DNA of 64,000 nt from Lingula anatina (taxonomy: Eukaryota; Animalia; Brachiopoda): NCBI GenBank assembly GCA_051362555.1, contig CM120646.1, positions 15,872,001 through 15,936,000 on the forward strand. The letters are read 5' to 3'. Numbering within the stretch: position 1 is the first letter of the stretch; every line of letters begins with the position of its first letter. The notes below the pieces were generated by a model. The model was not told the origin of the DNA. It was given only the letters and a program-made list of their open reading frames with translations, and ran no database searches. The position numbers and the translations under genes were made by a program. Positions 34,952 to 46,504 of the stretch are shown one piece after another.

Positions 34952-35174
34952 CTTCGATGATGAATGAACAGTTGTCAAAAACAAAGGACCCAGGAGTGGC
35001 AGATAGACTAATGTTCATGCGTGCCGCAAAGGCCAAGCCTTAATTGCCCCTGAATGTTACAAACTAAATCCGGTACTGACGGTTAGGCTCGTCTTAATCA
35101 TATAAGTAACGCGTTTTCACCGGCGTTTTCACTCCCTGATTTTAGGCAATCGTATTCGTTCGATGTAAATTTAC

Positions 35175-35385
35175 CTGTCTGACTAGTTGGGATGCCTCAA
35201 TAATATCTCCCAGATCTATCAATGGTATTCATACATGGTTCAAAAGTTATTGAAATTAAGAATATAGATTCTCTTTCACTTTAAAATCAGGGGAAATCTT
35301 TGCTGTAATAGAAGATGTCGTTCAGCATGGGCGCTGCCATAAGCAATACTCGCAGTGAAAATTTGCTTGGATTTCATTGGCTAGT
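35175..35385 (-). promoter_or_regulatory. Probable non-coding first exon and promoter of AARS2
   Basis: Donor CAG|gtaaat at 35175/35174; YY1-like ATGGCAGCGCCC ending at 35340; CCAAT box (+ strand attgg near 35376). Confidence 0.5.
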
Positions 35386-35509
35386 TTATTATATCAAGTT
35401 GTAAACTAATGTATTTATTATTTTATAAGATACTGCACATTTGAAAAATATCCTTCTGTGATGGTACCGCTAGGAAAACATTTTATGTCATAAAAATATT
35501 AATTAAGTT

Positions 35510-35597
35510 CTTTTCTTTCTTTCTTTCCTTCTTTCTTTCTTTCTTTCTTTCTATTATTTTCTTTTTTTGATAACAATGTTTGTGTTTCTTCTAATCC

Positions 35598-35661
<64 letters not shown>

Positions 35662-35705
35662 GATGTTGTTGTTATTGTTGGTGTTATTTTGTTGTTGTTG
35701 TTGTT
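35510..35705. repeat. (TTTC)n, (ATT)n and (GTT)n simple repeats
   Basis: Read directly from the sequence. Confidence 0.9.
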
Positions 35706-35948
35706 TTGAAATGCATGAGATAAAGATCAAAATGTTAATATGTTATTCTGAAAGGCATGTGATGCAAGTAAGCAAAACATGAAGGTTTCACTGACAGCAT
35801 AAAACAGAAGATATTATTTAATGGGACCATATTTTTACTAGAAGTTTTTCTTTTTGAGAAGCACTGAAACACAGTAGAGTGTGAAAAAAAAAGAGACAGG
35901 ACTTATTCAATGAATCCCATATTTATCACCAGAAAGACCAGATCGGTA

Positions 35949-38049
35949 GGGGAGAGCGGGGCAAAACGCACCCCTTAAGGAAGAATCCCTCTAGTTTCCA
36001 TTGTAAAAAAGATATTCGAACCAAAGTGACACCGATATTGTCGTTCTGATATGGGGTTCAGTCTGGAACATTCATTTGTAAATAGTTGCAAAAGAAAAGA
36101 CACAATAGTTAAAATTAGGAAAAAATTTTTTTGGCCTTTTTGCCCCATGGGTGGGGCAAAAAGCCTTTTGTCACTGGGCAAAACGCCCATGGTGGGCATT
36201 TTACCCCAAATCCAACAATATACCTTGTTCTGAATAAACCAAGAATGGTTTTTTCCTAATTTCGGTTATTTCTTTTTATATTATAACATTTTTACCATTT
36301 TCTGTTTTTTTTAATGTCATGCGTATGTAAGCTCTTTGCACCGAGAGGAAAGGATTATCTTAAATTATTATTTACTTATCATACAATTTAAAGTTATGAA
36401 ATCTGGATTTACTCACAAATGAAAATGCAACAAACGCAACTTACACCTTTATTTCAGAGCAATAAAAACAATTTACAAATTCATTCCAAGCCTTTAGTTG
36501 AGGAAAACCTCTTTTGAAATGTTAAACGTTACAATTTTAAAACACAAGAACTGCTTCTGGAAATGGAGAGTAGTCCAGACTCAAGAAAAAAAATTAACGA
36601 TTTATGATACTTCTTAATATTATTTAATATCACACAACATAATACGCAAAACACTTTCAATCATTTTAACTTTATTGTTAGCATTGTGCCATTTGCAAAA
36701 CCTGAACTACTTTTTAATAACGAGGTATGTCTTAAAAACACAGGGGCGAATACAGGATGTTGGTATTTGAGAGGGCGAAGGGTGCCATTTGGTAGGGTTT
36801 AGAACTATGAGTCTTCTTTCTTTCTTTCTTTCTTTTGTCATCCTTCTTGTACCCTTTAGGGTGTCGAGGGGAGAAAGAGTTTGCCCTTTGCCCCGAACTG
36901 ATACATTGTTTTATTTTTCAAAAAAATCGGAAAGGTTCGGAGATAAACAACTGTTAGTGTTAACATGTCGGGGTCCGCCATATAGATAAACGTCCCAATA
37001 AAATATTCGCCCCGATAGATACGTCTCTATACATACACGTCTCAATAGATTTACGTCTCGTTAAATTTACGTTCCGATAGATCCACCAACAGATTCCTAT
37101 AAACCCACGTATCTTTAGATCCAGGTACCGCTAGATCCATCTATCTGACATCGTAATCGGCTAAAAGGCCCATATCAACTTGCGTTGTGAAATTTAGAAC
37201 ACATTTTTATGTTCTTTTTTGTTTTGTTTTGTTAAGAACACATTTACATGTAAATTCAGAACACTTTTTACGTGTTCGAATGTTGCATTTTGAGAACGCT
37301 TTAAACAGTGTTCTGACGCTAGAACAGTAATTAAGCGTTGTGAAATATAGAACACACTTTTGTTCTTTTTATGTTCTTTCACTGAGTATTGTGTGAAAAC
37401 GATCTAGTAGAATAATATATTGCTGACTGCGTACTGCCGTTTTAAAGAAGTGCATTTTATGTACTGAGTAGTATACCAACCATTTCGAGCAATAGTGTAC
37501 CTGTAATGGATCTATCGGTATTTGGATCTAAAAATACGTGGATCTATAGGTATGCGGATTTAAAGGACGTGGGTTTATGAGGACGTCATATCTATAGGAA
37601 CGCAAATATATAGGACAGCAGAAAAAAATCGGATCTATCGGTATTTAAATCTAAAAAGACGTTTTTTCCGTTTTTCCTTTATGTATCTATCGGTAACGGG
37701 AGTATAGGGACGTGTAATATTTTGGGACTAAATTTTATCCGTACGTACCCAACATGTCGAGACAAGATTACTAGGTAACTAGCAAAAGTGGTAATTTTAA
37801 ATTTAATCTACCTTACCCGCAGAGTCGCAGATTTAAAGTGAGGGTGAAATTAAGAGAAATAGGGACAAAAATACAAAGGTGTTTGTAAAATACACAGCTA
37901 TTGGTGAGACTGGGCCTTGGTTACATGAACACACTTCGTCTGCTATGCGGTATATGGCGTAGTGTCACGTGGGTAAAAATCTCACATTATTAAAGAAAAA
38001 TCGCAAATTGTCTTTTTGCCCCGATTGGGCTTTTTGCCCCACCCTACCC
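35949..38049. mobile_element. Non-autonomous TA-flanked DNA transposon (Tc1/mariner-pogo-like) carrying nested insertions
   Basis: ta|ggggagagcggggcaaaa ... tttttgccccaccctaccc|ta; internal repeats of gggcaaaa(a/c)gcc at 36135-36190 and 38013-38040. Confidence 0.65.
36971..37750. mobile_element. MULE-like non-autonomous element with 9-bp TSD AACATGTCG
   Basis: aacatgtcg|gggtcc ... gtaccc|aacatgtcg; both arms carry repeated cgatagatcc / ggatctatcg motifs. Confidence 0.8.
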
Positions 38050-39469
38050 TAATACGCATCAATCTACAGGCGACTGTTCAAATTTTGGTTGGTTAACTAT
38101 TATAAAATCATTTGACTGATGTAGGAATCCAATGGACATGGAAACGTCTGTATGACTAAAAGTGTAGATCAATGTTTGTGAAAAAAATATGAGATCATAT
38201 ACCAGCGTTAGCTCTGTCACTATAAGAGTAATCAATGCTGTGGTCCGAATGTTATTAGACCCCCCCCCCACCCCCACCCACACCAGTGCGCGCTATAGAA
38301 ATGAAGAACCATGTGGGTTTGTCTATTTTTGATGCAACTATGATTCAATTTTATACGTGATACGTACATTGAAAAAAAAATCAATGTGAATCCCACCTTT
38401 AGAGCATTTATATTCGTATGATCCTTTTATATAGGCTCTCTAGCTGTTATATTAATTGAACAAAGGACATCGTCCACTTTTGAAACAGCTAAGAGACTGA
38501 GAAGACACCGTGGGTGGACCGTAGAGTCTCTCCAATACCCTCCTGACAACCTGAACAGCACGATCGTTGTAATTAAAGTAAGTGGGGTACACTTGGGGAA
38601 AAATCTAAAATTTGATATAAGAGAATATTTCCCCGAGTATGACAGGTGTGCACGACAGGTACGTGAATATGTTATTTACCAGTATAAATGAGAACCCTAT
38701 TATATATAGCTTAAATTTTTGTTGGTATTGTCATTATCCTCGGTTAAGATAACGTCATAGTGAATTAGAGGCCATGTTGCTGACACTACTGGTTGTGAGT
38801 GGTACTGCGCAAAATGAAAAGTATTAATTGGTATCTTTAACTATGTACCAAAAACTACTGCTTTTACATTTTCCTATCGAGATAGCAACTAAAGAAAACA
38901 TCTGGTTACTGGAGTATGTCCAGTTACACATATTACATAAGGAATATTGCTACTTCTTATTGATATGAAAAATAGCATTTACAGACTTAATCTACATGTA
39001 TGCATTTTCCTTGTTTTATGATAGTATCCATCCGAATTCTTTGTACACTGTACCTATGAGTTCTGTTTCAAAGACATTTTAAGTGCGAATTAGCCTATTT
39101 GTATCAATTAAAATGTATTATTAAGCCATGAAATAACAGTAACATGAATTCATTATTTTTAGAATTTTATCTTAAATCATTTAGAATTTGATTGAGAGTT
39201 ACCTACCCTGTTTCGTATAATGTCTTACAAGACAGCAAAGAAAGCATGTGGTTACTGAAATTTACACCTGCCCAGTCACACGTATAAATAGCAACTACGC
39301 TGCAAACAAATATATAGAAAAGTTTTTAGAATCTATATCTATACGTAAACAATTTTTTTTTTACATAAAATATTTCCTATTCTGAAGTCTAGAAGTCTAG
39401 AACTATTTTTTGAAGTCTAGAACTATTCGTTTAATCTCGCAATCTTCTTAGAAGGTGTGTCAGAAGTAG

Positions 39470-39551
39470 GCAGTCGTGGCCGAGTGGTTAAGGCGACAGA
39501 CTAGAAATCTGTTGGGGTCTCCCCGCACAGGTTCGAATCCTGTCGACTGCG
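39470..39551 (+). tRNA. tRNA-Ser(AGA)
   Basis: 82-nt cloverleaf: acceptor GCAGTCG/CGACTGC, A box TGGCCGAGTGG, anticodon arm ACAGA-CTAGAAA-TCTGT, long variable arm GGGG-TCT-CCCC, T arm ACAGG-TTCGAAT-CCTGT, discriminator G, and a downstream T run. Confidence 0.96.
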
Positions 39552-39990
39552 ATTACTTAATTATTGCTTTTCATCTCTTTTCAAATTGGTCACGGTATAT
39601 GATGTTTAAAACTGCGTAATAGTACGATGGGTTAATGGGAACGCGCCCGTAAACCCCCCCTGGCACTGGACGGCGTCCTTTCCACGTCCTTTGTGCGGCC
39701 ATGAAAGTGGCATCGTGTGGTGGTAGAAAGGAGGCGTGCCAGGCCAGACAATCACACCGAAAGCAATTTAGTGAGAAGCTCCGCAGAGTTCGATCGACCC
39801 AGATAGAACGTTGGCCTCTAAGGCAGTTTTGACAACAAATTAAGTTTTGTGGGCGAATAAGCCTATTTGTATCAATAAAATGAATGTAAGCGTCTTAAGT
39901 TATCTCATAATGTCAACACTGTTTTTCTATCTACCGTCACGGCGTCATATTTTTATCCGTTTACAGTGCAAGTATTTGGAAGAAATCTTA

Positions 39991-40185
39991 GACCCCATTT
40001 CCAGAGATTAGATCGATCTACTTCAGATCGACCTAACTCCCTGGGGGTTCATGCTAAATAGCTGTCAGCCGAGCCCCTAACAGCCTGTAGTAGGCGGGAC
40101 GGACATTTAAGCCGGATTATCTGACAGTAATCTAGTGAGACTCCCCGCGGGGATAGATCGATCTAAAAGCTCTGGGAATACAGCC
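39991..40185. mobile_element. MITE family A, full length, TTA TSD (PIF/Harbinger-like)
   Basis: tta|gaccccatttccagagattagatcgatcta ... tagatcgatctaaaagctctgggaatacagcc|tta. Confidence 0.8.
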
Positions 40186-40261
40186 TTACTGACACCTATG
40201 ACAGTGATATTGTATAGAATGAGGAAGTGTCGGGAAAAATAATATTTTCAGAATAAGATTG

Positions 40262-40343
40262 GCAGTTGCGGCAATGTGGTTACGGCGACAGAAAAGGTAA
40301 CTATTGGGATCGCTCCGCACAGATTTGAATCCTGCCAACTGCG
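40262..40343 (+). pseudogene. tRNA-Ser-derived pseudogene
   Basis: 82 nt, colinear with 39470-39551. The acceptor stem GCAGTTG/CAACTGC still pairs, but the anticodon stem/loop and B box (ATTTGAAT) are degraded. Confidence 0.8.
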
Positions 40344-40969
40344 AATCTTTTTTCTTTTATCATCACTTTTAGAATAGTGACACCACACCGTATAATTTTT
40401 CAGAAATGTCTAAGGGCAAAAGGCTGTTTTTTTTGCGTCTGAGTTCCGTATCAAATACATTTTAGAGAGAATCAGCATATTTGTATTAATTAAAAATAAA
40501 GTAAAACCATTGCTTTCCTCGCATGGCTTGGAAGACTTCATTATTCAAAAGAAGTCGATCTGTTACCTGTAAATCGAACTGTAAAGAAAAAGACCACCTG
40601 CGATAGGAGTGATAAGTCTTATATGGCTACGTATGTGAAAAGGGTGGTTTATAAAGACAAAATGGACAGAGTCTAGTGTAAAATAGTTCGTCTTTATTGC
40701 TCTTTTGCTGTTTTTACCTGAATGTCCCTTTCGGAAGTCACTGTTGTTAGGAATTTTTGAATTTCGTTCCATCGAAACCTTTCAACCATTAAATATTTCT
40801 AAATTTAATTTTTTTTGAAAATTAAAACAAATGTAACAGTTTTGGGAGACATATAAAACCTATTGCTTCATTTTGATTTACTGATTTCAGTATCTGAGCG
40901 CTGTATCCAGACAGCCTCCTCATCACCGTCACACATGCGGTGTGAGTACCCGTCCAGGAAATCGTAGAC

Positions 40970-41405
40970 CAGGGCCGTAGCCTCCGGGGGGGGGGGGGGG
41001 GGGGGGGGGCAGCTGGGATTTGAGGTGCAAAAAAATAATCGCAAAGGTAAAAAAAAAAATAATTGCAAAGTTGGTATCAATTCTGTGAGAAAATGCACTC
41101 ATGGCCACTAGACAATCATTCAACAATCTGTTTACAAAGGTTCCCTGTTTTTAGCCAACTCAGTTCATGCCAAAAAGCTCTCCCTCCCTTAGGGAGCTAT
41201 CCCCCAGGCAAAATGAACCCACAATTTCTAACTTCTGATTGAGCAATAAATAACAGTTAAAATGCACCAAAATTCAGTATTATACATAAAGTTTTTAAAA
41301 ATTTTCCACACCGTGAGAGGGGGGACACACCCTCCCCCCTCGGGGCTTCGCCCCCTCGTGTCCGCTTACTGCCCCCCCTGGCATTTTGCTCAGGCTACGG
41401 CCCTG
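40970..41405. mobile_element. MITE with CAGGGCCGTAGCC TIRs and 6-bp TSD GTAGAC (hAT-like)
   Basis: gtagac|cagggccgtagcct ... aggctacggccctg|gtagac. Confidence 0.85.
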
Positions 41406-41829
41406 GTAGACCCCATGATTCCTTATCAGTGTGGGTAACTATACGCTCCAAAGATATATTTTTGCACTAGATATTCCCAAGTATTTCTCTGAGTAGTTCT
41501 GTGCATAACTTTGTACTGAGTTTAGACAGCTATCGATACTCGCTGATAAAAAATAAAGTTTGGTGCACTTTTTTAGTGAGGTGTGCGAGGGCAAAGTAGG
41601 AAAATTCTTCGTAACTATGCTTTTTTGCCACTGATAAGCGAGCTTGAGACTGTGTGTACATGCATATACATGTATTTGTCTGTCTGAGTGCCAAGACACA
41701 ACATTGGACTCAGTGACCATCAACGTTGCTTTATATTGAAGCAGTACATAGTGCTTCGAATTTTATTACCACAAGGCAGAACACTCAGATGAAACAATTT
41801 TTAGGTAACTTGGTTTTCTTTCATTATAA

Positions 41830-44289
41830 TTATCGGCGGTTTATGGTATGTAAATATTCGGAAGGAACATCATGTAATGTTGGGTACAACGTGCCACCAT
41901 AGGGCGGAGGCACATTATTGCTTTGCACATGCTCATATTGACCTTGGTGTTCCGGATGTCCATAATACTGAGCGGCAGTAGACTGAGAATCAAATGGAGG
42001 CTTTTCATAAGGCCAATGTGACTGATGCACAGCAGCGCCGCCCTGCGTATAATCCATGCTCGAATAACCAGAGTACTGTTGATAGGGGTCTCCATAGTCT
42101 TGGTAGCCGTGCTGTTGCATATCCTGATAAACGTGGTCTTGATGTGCTAGCGCTGGTGCGTTGGGCATATTTGGGACAAAGGCAGGGGCGAATGCGGGCG
42201 GTGGCTCAACGCATTTGGGGAAATGCTGGATGTGCCTTGCTGGAAGGATAAAGATAGACCCACAATAACGAGATAGTCAAAGAAGAGAAAAGAAGAAAAT
42301 GTTCACGAATACTTTAGAAACCATATAACACAAATTAGTTTAATGACAATTCAAAATCCTAAAAATCGTATGATTGTTCGAACCACAATATTTTTCATAA
42401 AGGTAGAGTAAAAGGGGTTTTAAATAAAAAAAACGGCATAAACGTCAAGGTGCTTACGTTCATTGATAGAATTGTAATCCGATTTAGTACTGCTTCCACT
42501 GGAGTCGTTTATCAGACTATTGGCTTTGCGCTGCTTTTGCTTCTTACAAACGCAGACGACACCAACCGTCACTCCTACTATTATCACTAGTAGTGCTGCC
42601 AGGCCTGCGCCTACAGCGATACCGATCGCGCTGGACTTGCCTCCAGAATCTAAAATAAACCGTGAATTATGTATGTTATGTCCCCGAAATAAAACTAATA
42701 ATATTTATAGTGCATCAGATAGAAGGGAAATGTATCGCTCAATGTTTCCAAGTGCTGCTTCTTTTTTGAAGTAATACACTGCAACAGTATCTGATGGTTC
42801 TGTGTGATTCTGTATTAAGAAGGTGGTAACACTAAATGTATTTCCGAGCATAAATGCACTTGAGTTGGTACATGTACATGTATGTCTCTGGTTTACTGAT
42901 ATACCTACCATGTTTTATATAAACTGGCTTAATCTCCACATTAAAGTTGTAATGTATGGAATTGAACACCCTGTTTAGTGCCACGGACAGATATCTACCA
43001 GTAGTTTGTATGTACTTGGGAATTTTGTGGCTGTCGCTGTAAGTGAAGGACGCCAACTGAAAGAAAGTAAACATGCCCAGATAAGCACTTTTCAAGATAG
43101 CTGGTATGTAAAGTTTTCCCGAAACATGACAGCGCTGAATTTCTCTGACTTTGTTGGTTTTGAGATATACTTCTGTGTGTTTGTGGGTGCGTGCGCGCTT
43201 CCCAGTATTTGTGACTCAATTTTTAGGACAACTTGTTGGCATTAACACCTCACCTGTTTCTCGTAGTCATCTGTGCTGTTTGCGTCGTAAAATGTAAGAG
43301 CGACATCGTCGTCTGATTGTATTGTCAGATTCAAGAAAGTCACGCGGAGAGCGTTGTATTCCTTGGCATTAGTAACAAAATGCATGGTGCATTGGCCATA
43401 GAAGTAACGCGGCAACCAACGCCACGCTTTCACGAAGGAAGCCCCACTATTCACGACTTTCATGTCGGGGTTACAGTCGGTGCCTGTGTCGTCCATGTAA
43501 TCTGGAACAATATTAGAAATAAATAGATTCTGTTCTGAAATCTATAATTAAATTTCTAAGTAATATAGTTAATATATAATATAAGAAACAGCATATAAGT
43601 CTGTGTACTATTTCTACTACGTAGGATAACCTCTCCGACTACTTTTAAAAGGGAACTCAAGACTTATTATTATTATTTTAAAAAAATACGAAAAGAATTT
43701 TTATGAACTTGTTTTTAAAGGGAGCGATGAAATAACATTTTCATATCTACATCATTTGTTTTAATCAAATTTTCCTGTTAAAATCAATCTTTCCTTTTCT
43801 TTTACTAGCCTTTTTTATTCTTTATTCACATTGCATTGTAAAGTCTACCGAACAAATTGGATTTTAATCCGTTAACTATCATTATATAATTATTACACAT
43901 ACAAAAGGTTGTAACATGTTCATTGTGAATTAGCTTTAGGTTTATGACCTTATGTTCATGTGGTGTGATAAGATTAGTGGTCAATGTACCGTTACATGGT
44001 TTTTGTAGCATTTCTGTACTTGCCTTTAAGCACATTTTTAGAACATGGACGGGAAACGTATTTAAAATGAGACCAGGTGCTCTCTTTTTGGTGCGATGTA
44101 AAAGAAACGTTCTGGGAACAATTGCTTTCGAAAAAGAAAAAAAAAACTGCAAGAGCGTATATAACGTATGCACAAAGAGTAGGCCTAAAACCCAAATTTA
44201 ATCAGTATATCTGAGCACTTACATACTGTTGGAGTGACCCGCTGTACTGAGGCCGCTAACACAACACATAGCCATCGGAGTGTAGCCAT
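41830..44289 (-). CDS. Type I membrane protein (about 354 aa): signal peptide, CUB-like domain, TM helix, Pro/Tyr/Gln-rich tail with PPPY
   Basis: Exons 44223-44289, 43254-43501, 42909-43056, 42458-42649, 41830-42239, all phase-consistent. CUB-like pattern YYMDD..C..CTMHF..LRVTFLNLTI..LTFYD..TTGRYLSVAL; TM IGIAVGAGLAALLVIIVGVTVGVVCVC followed by KKQKQRK. Confidence 0.8.
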
Positions 44290-45256
44290 TCCCTGCTTCA
44301 ATTCAACAGTCTGTGCATATCACTGTACATATCCCTATCACACAGAACATTACATTGGAAAACTTGGCATAGCTCGTGTATTTAGATATTGTGATAACAC
44401 AATGACTAATGGAGATACGTGTGCACGCGTGACGGGCAGTAGAGGCCCGTTTCGGCCCGCCTGTTTTAAATTTAGCTTTGTAGCGAAAACGAGGTACTAG
44501 TACTTGGGCCTATATTACAAAGAATTAAATGCAAGGAAGATGATTTAAAATGGACAGTTTATAATTAATTATATCATCATTGTCATCATCAACGCCACCA
44601 CTATTGTTGTTGTTGTTATTATTATCATTATTATTGAAGGCCTCAATCTACGTTGCTGTACACATGAATAAAGAAATGAAATTTGCTAGCATGTGCGGCA
44701 GAGAAATTAGTCTTCACGTGTAGATTATAAATTTCCCTCGACAGTAATGAAGACTCTATTCAAAAGTGCTGGAAAAATTAACAAGCTTTAAAATCCTTAT
44801 TCTAGATTTCTCATTTCACTATCGCAAGTGGAATTTAACAGTTACTATCACGGTTTCGAGAGTGGTCGAAAAAAAAGCTGGTTTATAATTGTACCATGAA
44901 TGACTTTGGATACGTCAAACCTAGGTGACAAAGGAAACATATTTGGATATCTCTAGGAAAATATTTTGTTGCTATAGGTCTTACGATCATAGAGATGTTA
45001 TTTATGGGAGATATAGCCGATTGTTAATTCGTAATTGTCATATGATCTGCGTCAATGTCATTTAGAAATAGCATCATTATTGTTCTTGCATATACTGATT
45101 ATACTCTATTTTTAAACAAATGTTCACGTGATACATGTAATTTGACACAACTGAAGAGAAAAGGTGTGGATAAGGGGGAGTGAGGAAATAAGACAAATCT
45201 TGATATTAGCCTCACTATTACGCTTCCTTATTGCACTTTTTTCAATTTCTTGTATT

Positions 45257-45534
45257 TTACTACATTTAATCTCGAAAACAAAATAATCGTGTATTTTGGA
45301 CGCATTCAGAACCAGCGGACTAACTAGTCTGCGGATCAAATATGGTGCCACCCACCTGAAAGCCTGTCGAGATTTTATTGCTCTGCCCCTGTTGGGACGG
45401 CGCACGTGGGAGGTGGTAATCCATTGTCAAGTGCGCGCCATATTTGATCCGCGAAACTTAGTTAGTCCGCGGATCAACTGGATGTGAACGCAGCTTTTGT
45501 GTCTTCAGTTTAACCATTGTTCGTTTAAAACGCA
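45257..45534. mobile_element. Composite repeat: Harbinger-like MITE core (45298-45494) with shared flanks; inverted copy at 54128-54410
   Basis: Core TIR ggacgcattcagaaccag / ctggatgtgaacgcagc; inner IR gcggatcaaatatgg / ccatatttgatccgc. Confidence 0.8.
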
Positions 45535-46043
45535 TTATTATTATTGCAAATTATTATATTTTTTATTAACTATGTGAAATATGTAGCTAGGTGATATGAT
45601 TTGTCTCAAAGCTGACATATAATATTTTATATATTTAAATACGTGGGGCCTACAAACATGCGTAGGGGCGGCCTACATGTAGGGCTACGTAACTACCGTT
45701 TACAGACATCAATAATGTAATTTTGACGAATTTCAGTGAGGACACAAATTTGATAAAGAACATTTTCAGCAAAATACGAATAAAGAACGAAAGGTATCGT
45801 GATTGGAACTGGCCCTTTTAAAAACATTTTTACGCTGTGCATTGTCGTTGCTGCTGATTGAAACCGGTGTGGCAGGAATGGCCAGTAGGTCTATTCCGCC
45901 AGAAACCGTAGTCCGTAAACCACAGGGTGCAACAGGAATCATCACGAATCTGTACGAAAGTAATGTAAACATTGCTCTTCTGACTGGATTGTTAACTTGA
46001 AATTTAAAACATTTTATTAAGACTTCAATAATGACAATGTTTA

Positions 46044-46234
46044 TGTAACGGGGTAAATATAGTGCCGGTGTGCATAAACCGGGGTAACGTCGGGGGAAAA
46101 GGAACATGGCGGCGTAGCAGACGCTGAACAGCTTGTGCATTGCTTAGTAGTTTATATATCGTTAACCTATTAAATTTATGAAAAAGAAAGCACAGCGTTG
46201 TTGTACTGGATTGCTGAGGAAGTGCACCGCTACA
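46044..46234 (+). repeat. 5' LTR
   Basis: tgtaacggggtaaat...gcaccgctaca; matches 51974-52164. Confidence 0.97.
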
Positions 46235-46238
46235 AAAT

Positions 46239-46257
46239 TGGCGCCCAAAAGCGGGGC
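46239..46257 (+). promoter_or_regulatory. Primer-binding site, tRNA-Lys(CUU)-like
   Basis: TGGCGCCCAAAAGCGGGGC just after the LTR, resembling the tRNA-Lys1,2 PBS TGGCGCCCAACGTGGGGC. Confidence 0.7.
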
Positions 46258-46504
46258 GCGAAGACTGGAGAATTCACGGACCCATTGCCTGGCAAGTTGC
46301 AAACGACACTGAATCTGAAAAGCGGCGCACGTTATGTTATAATGTGTTACGTGTTGTTTAATTGCCAAACAGACTTTGGTGAAGACTCTGAAAGTCCTTG
46401 TTATTAGATTTAAAGAGAAACATAGTATCTGCTGACAACTTTTCATAGAAATTCTATCAATTGTAACCTGCTTTTAGTCTGCAAAGCTAAGGGACCGTAT
46501 CAAA

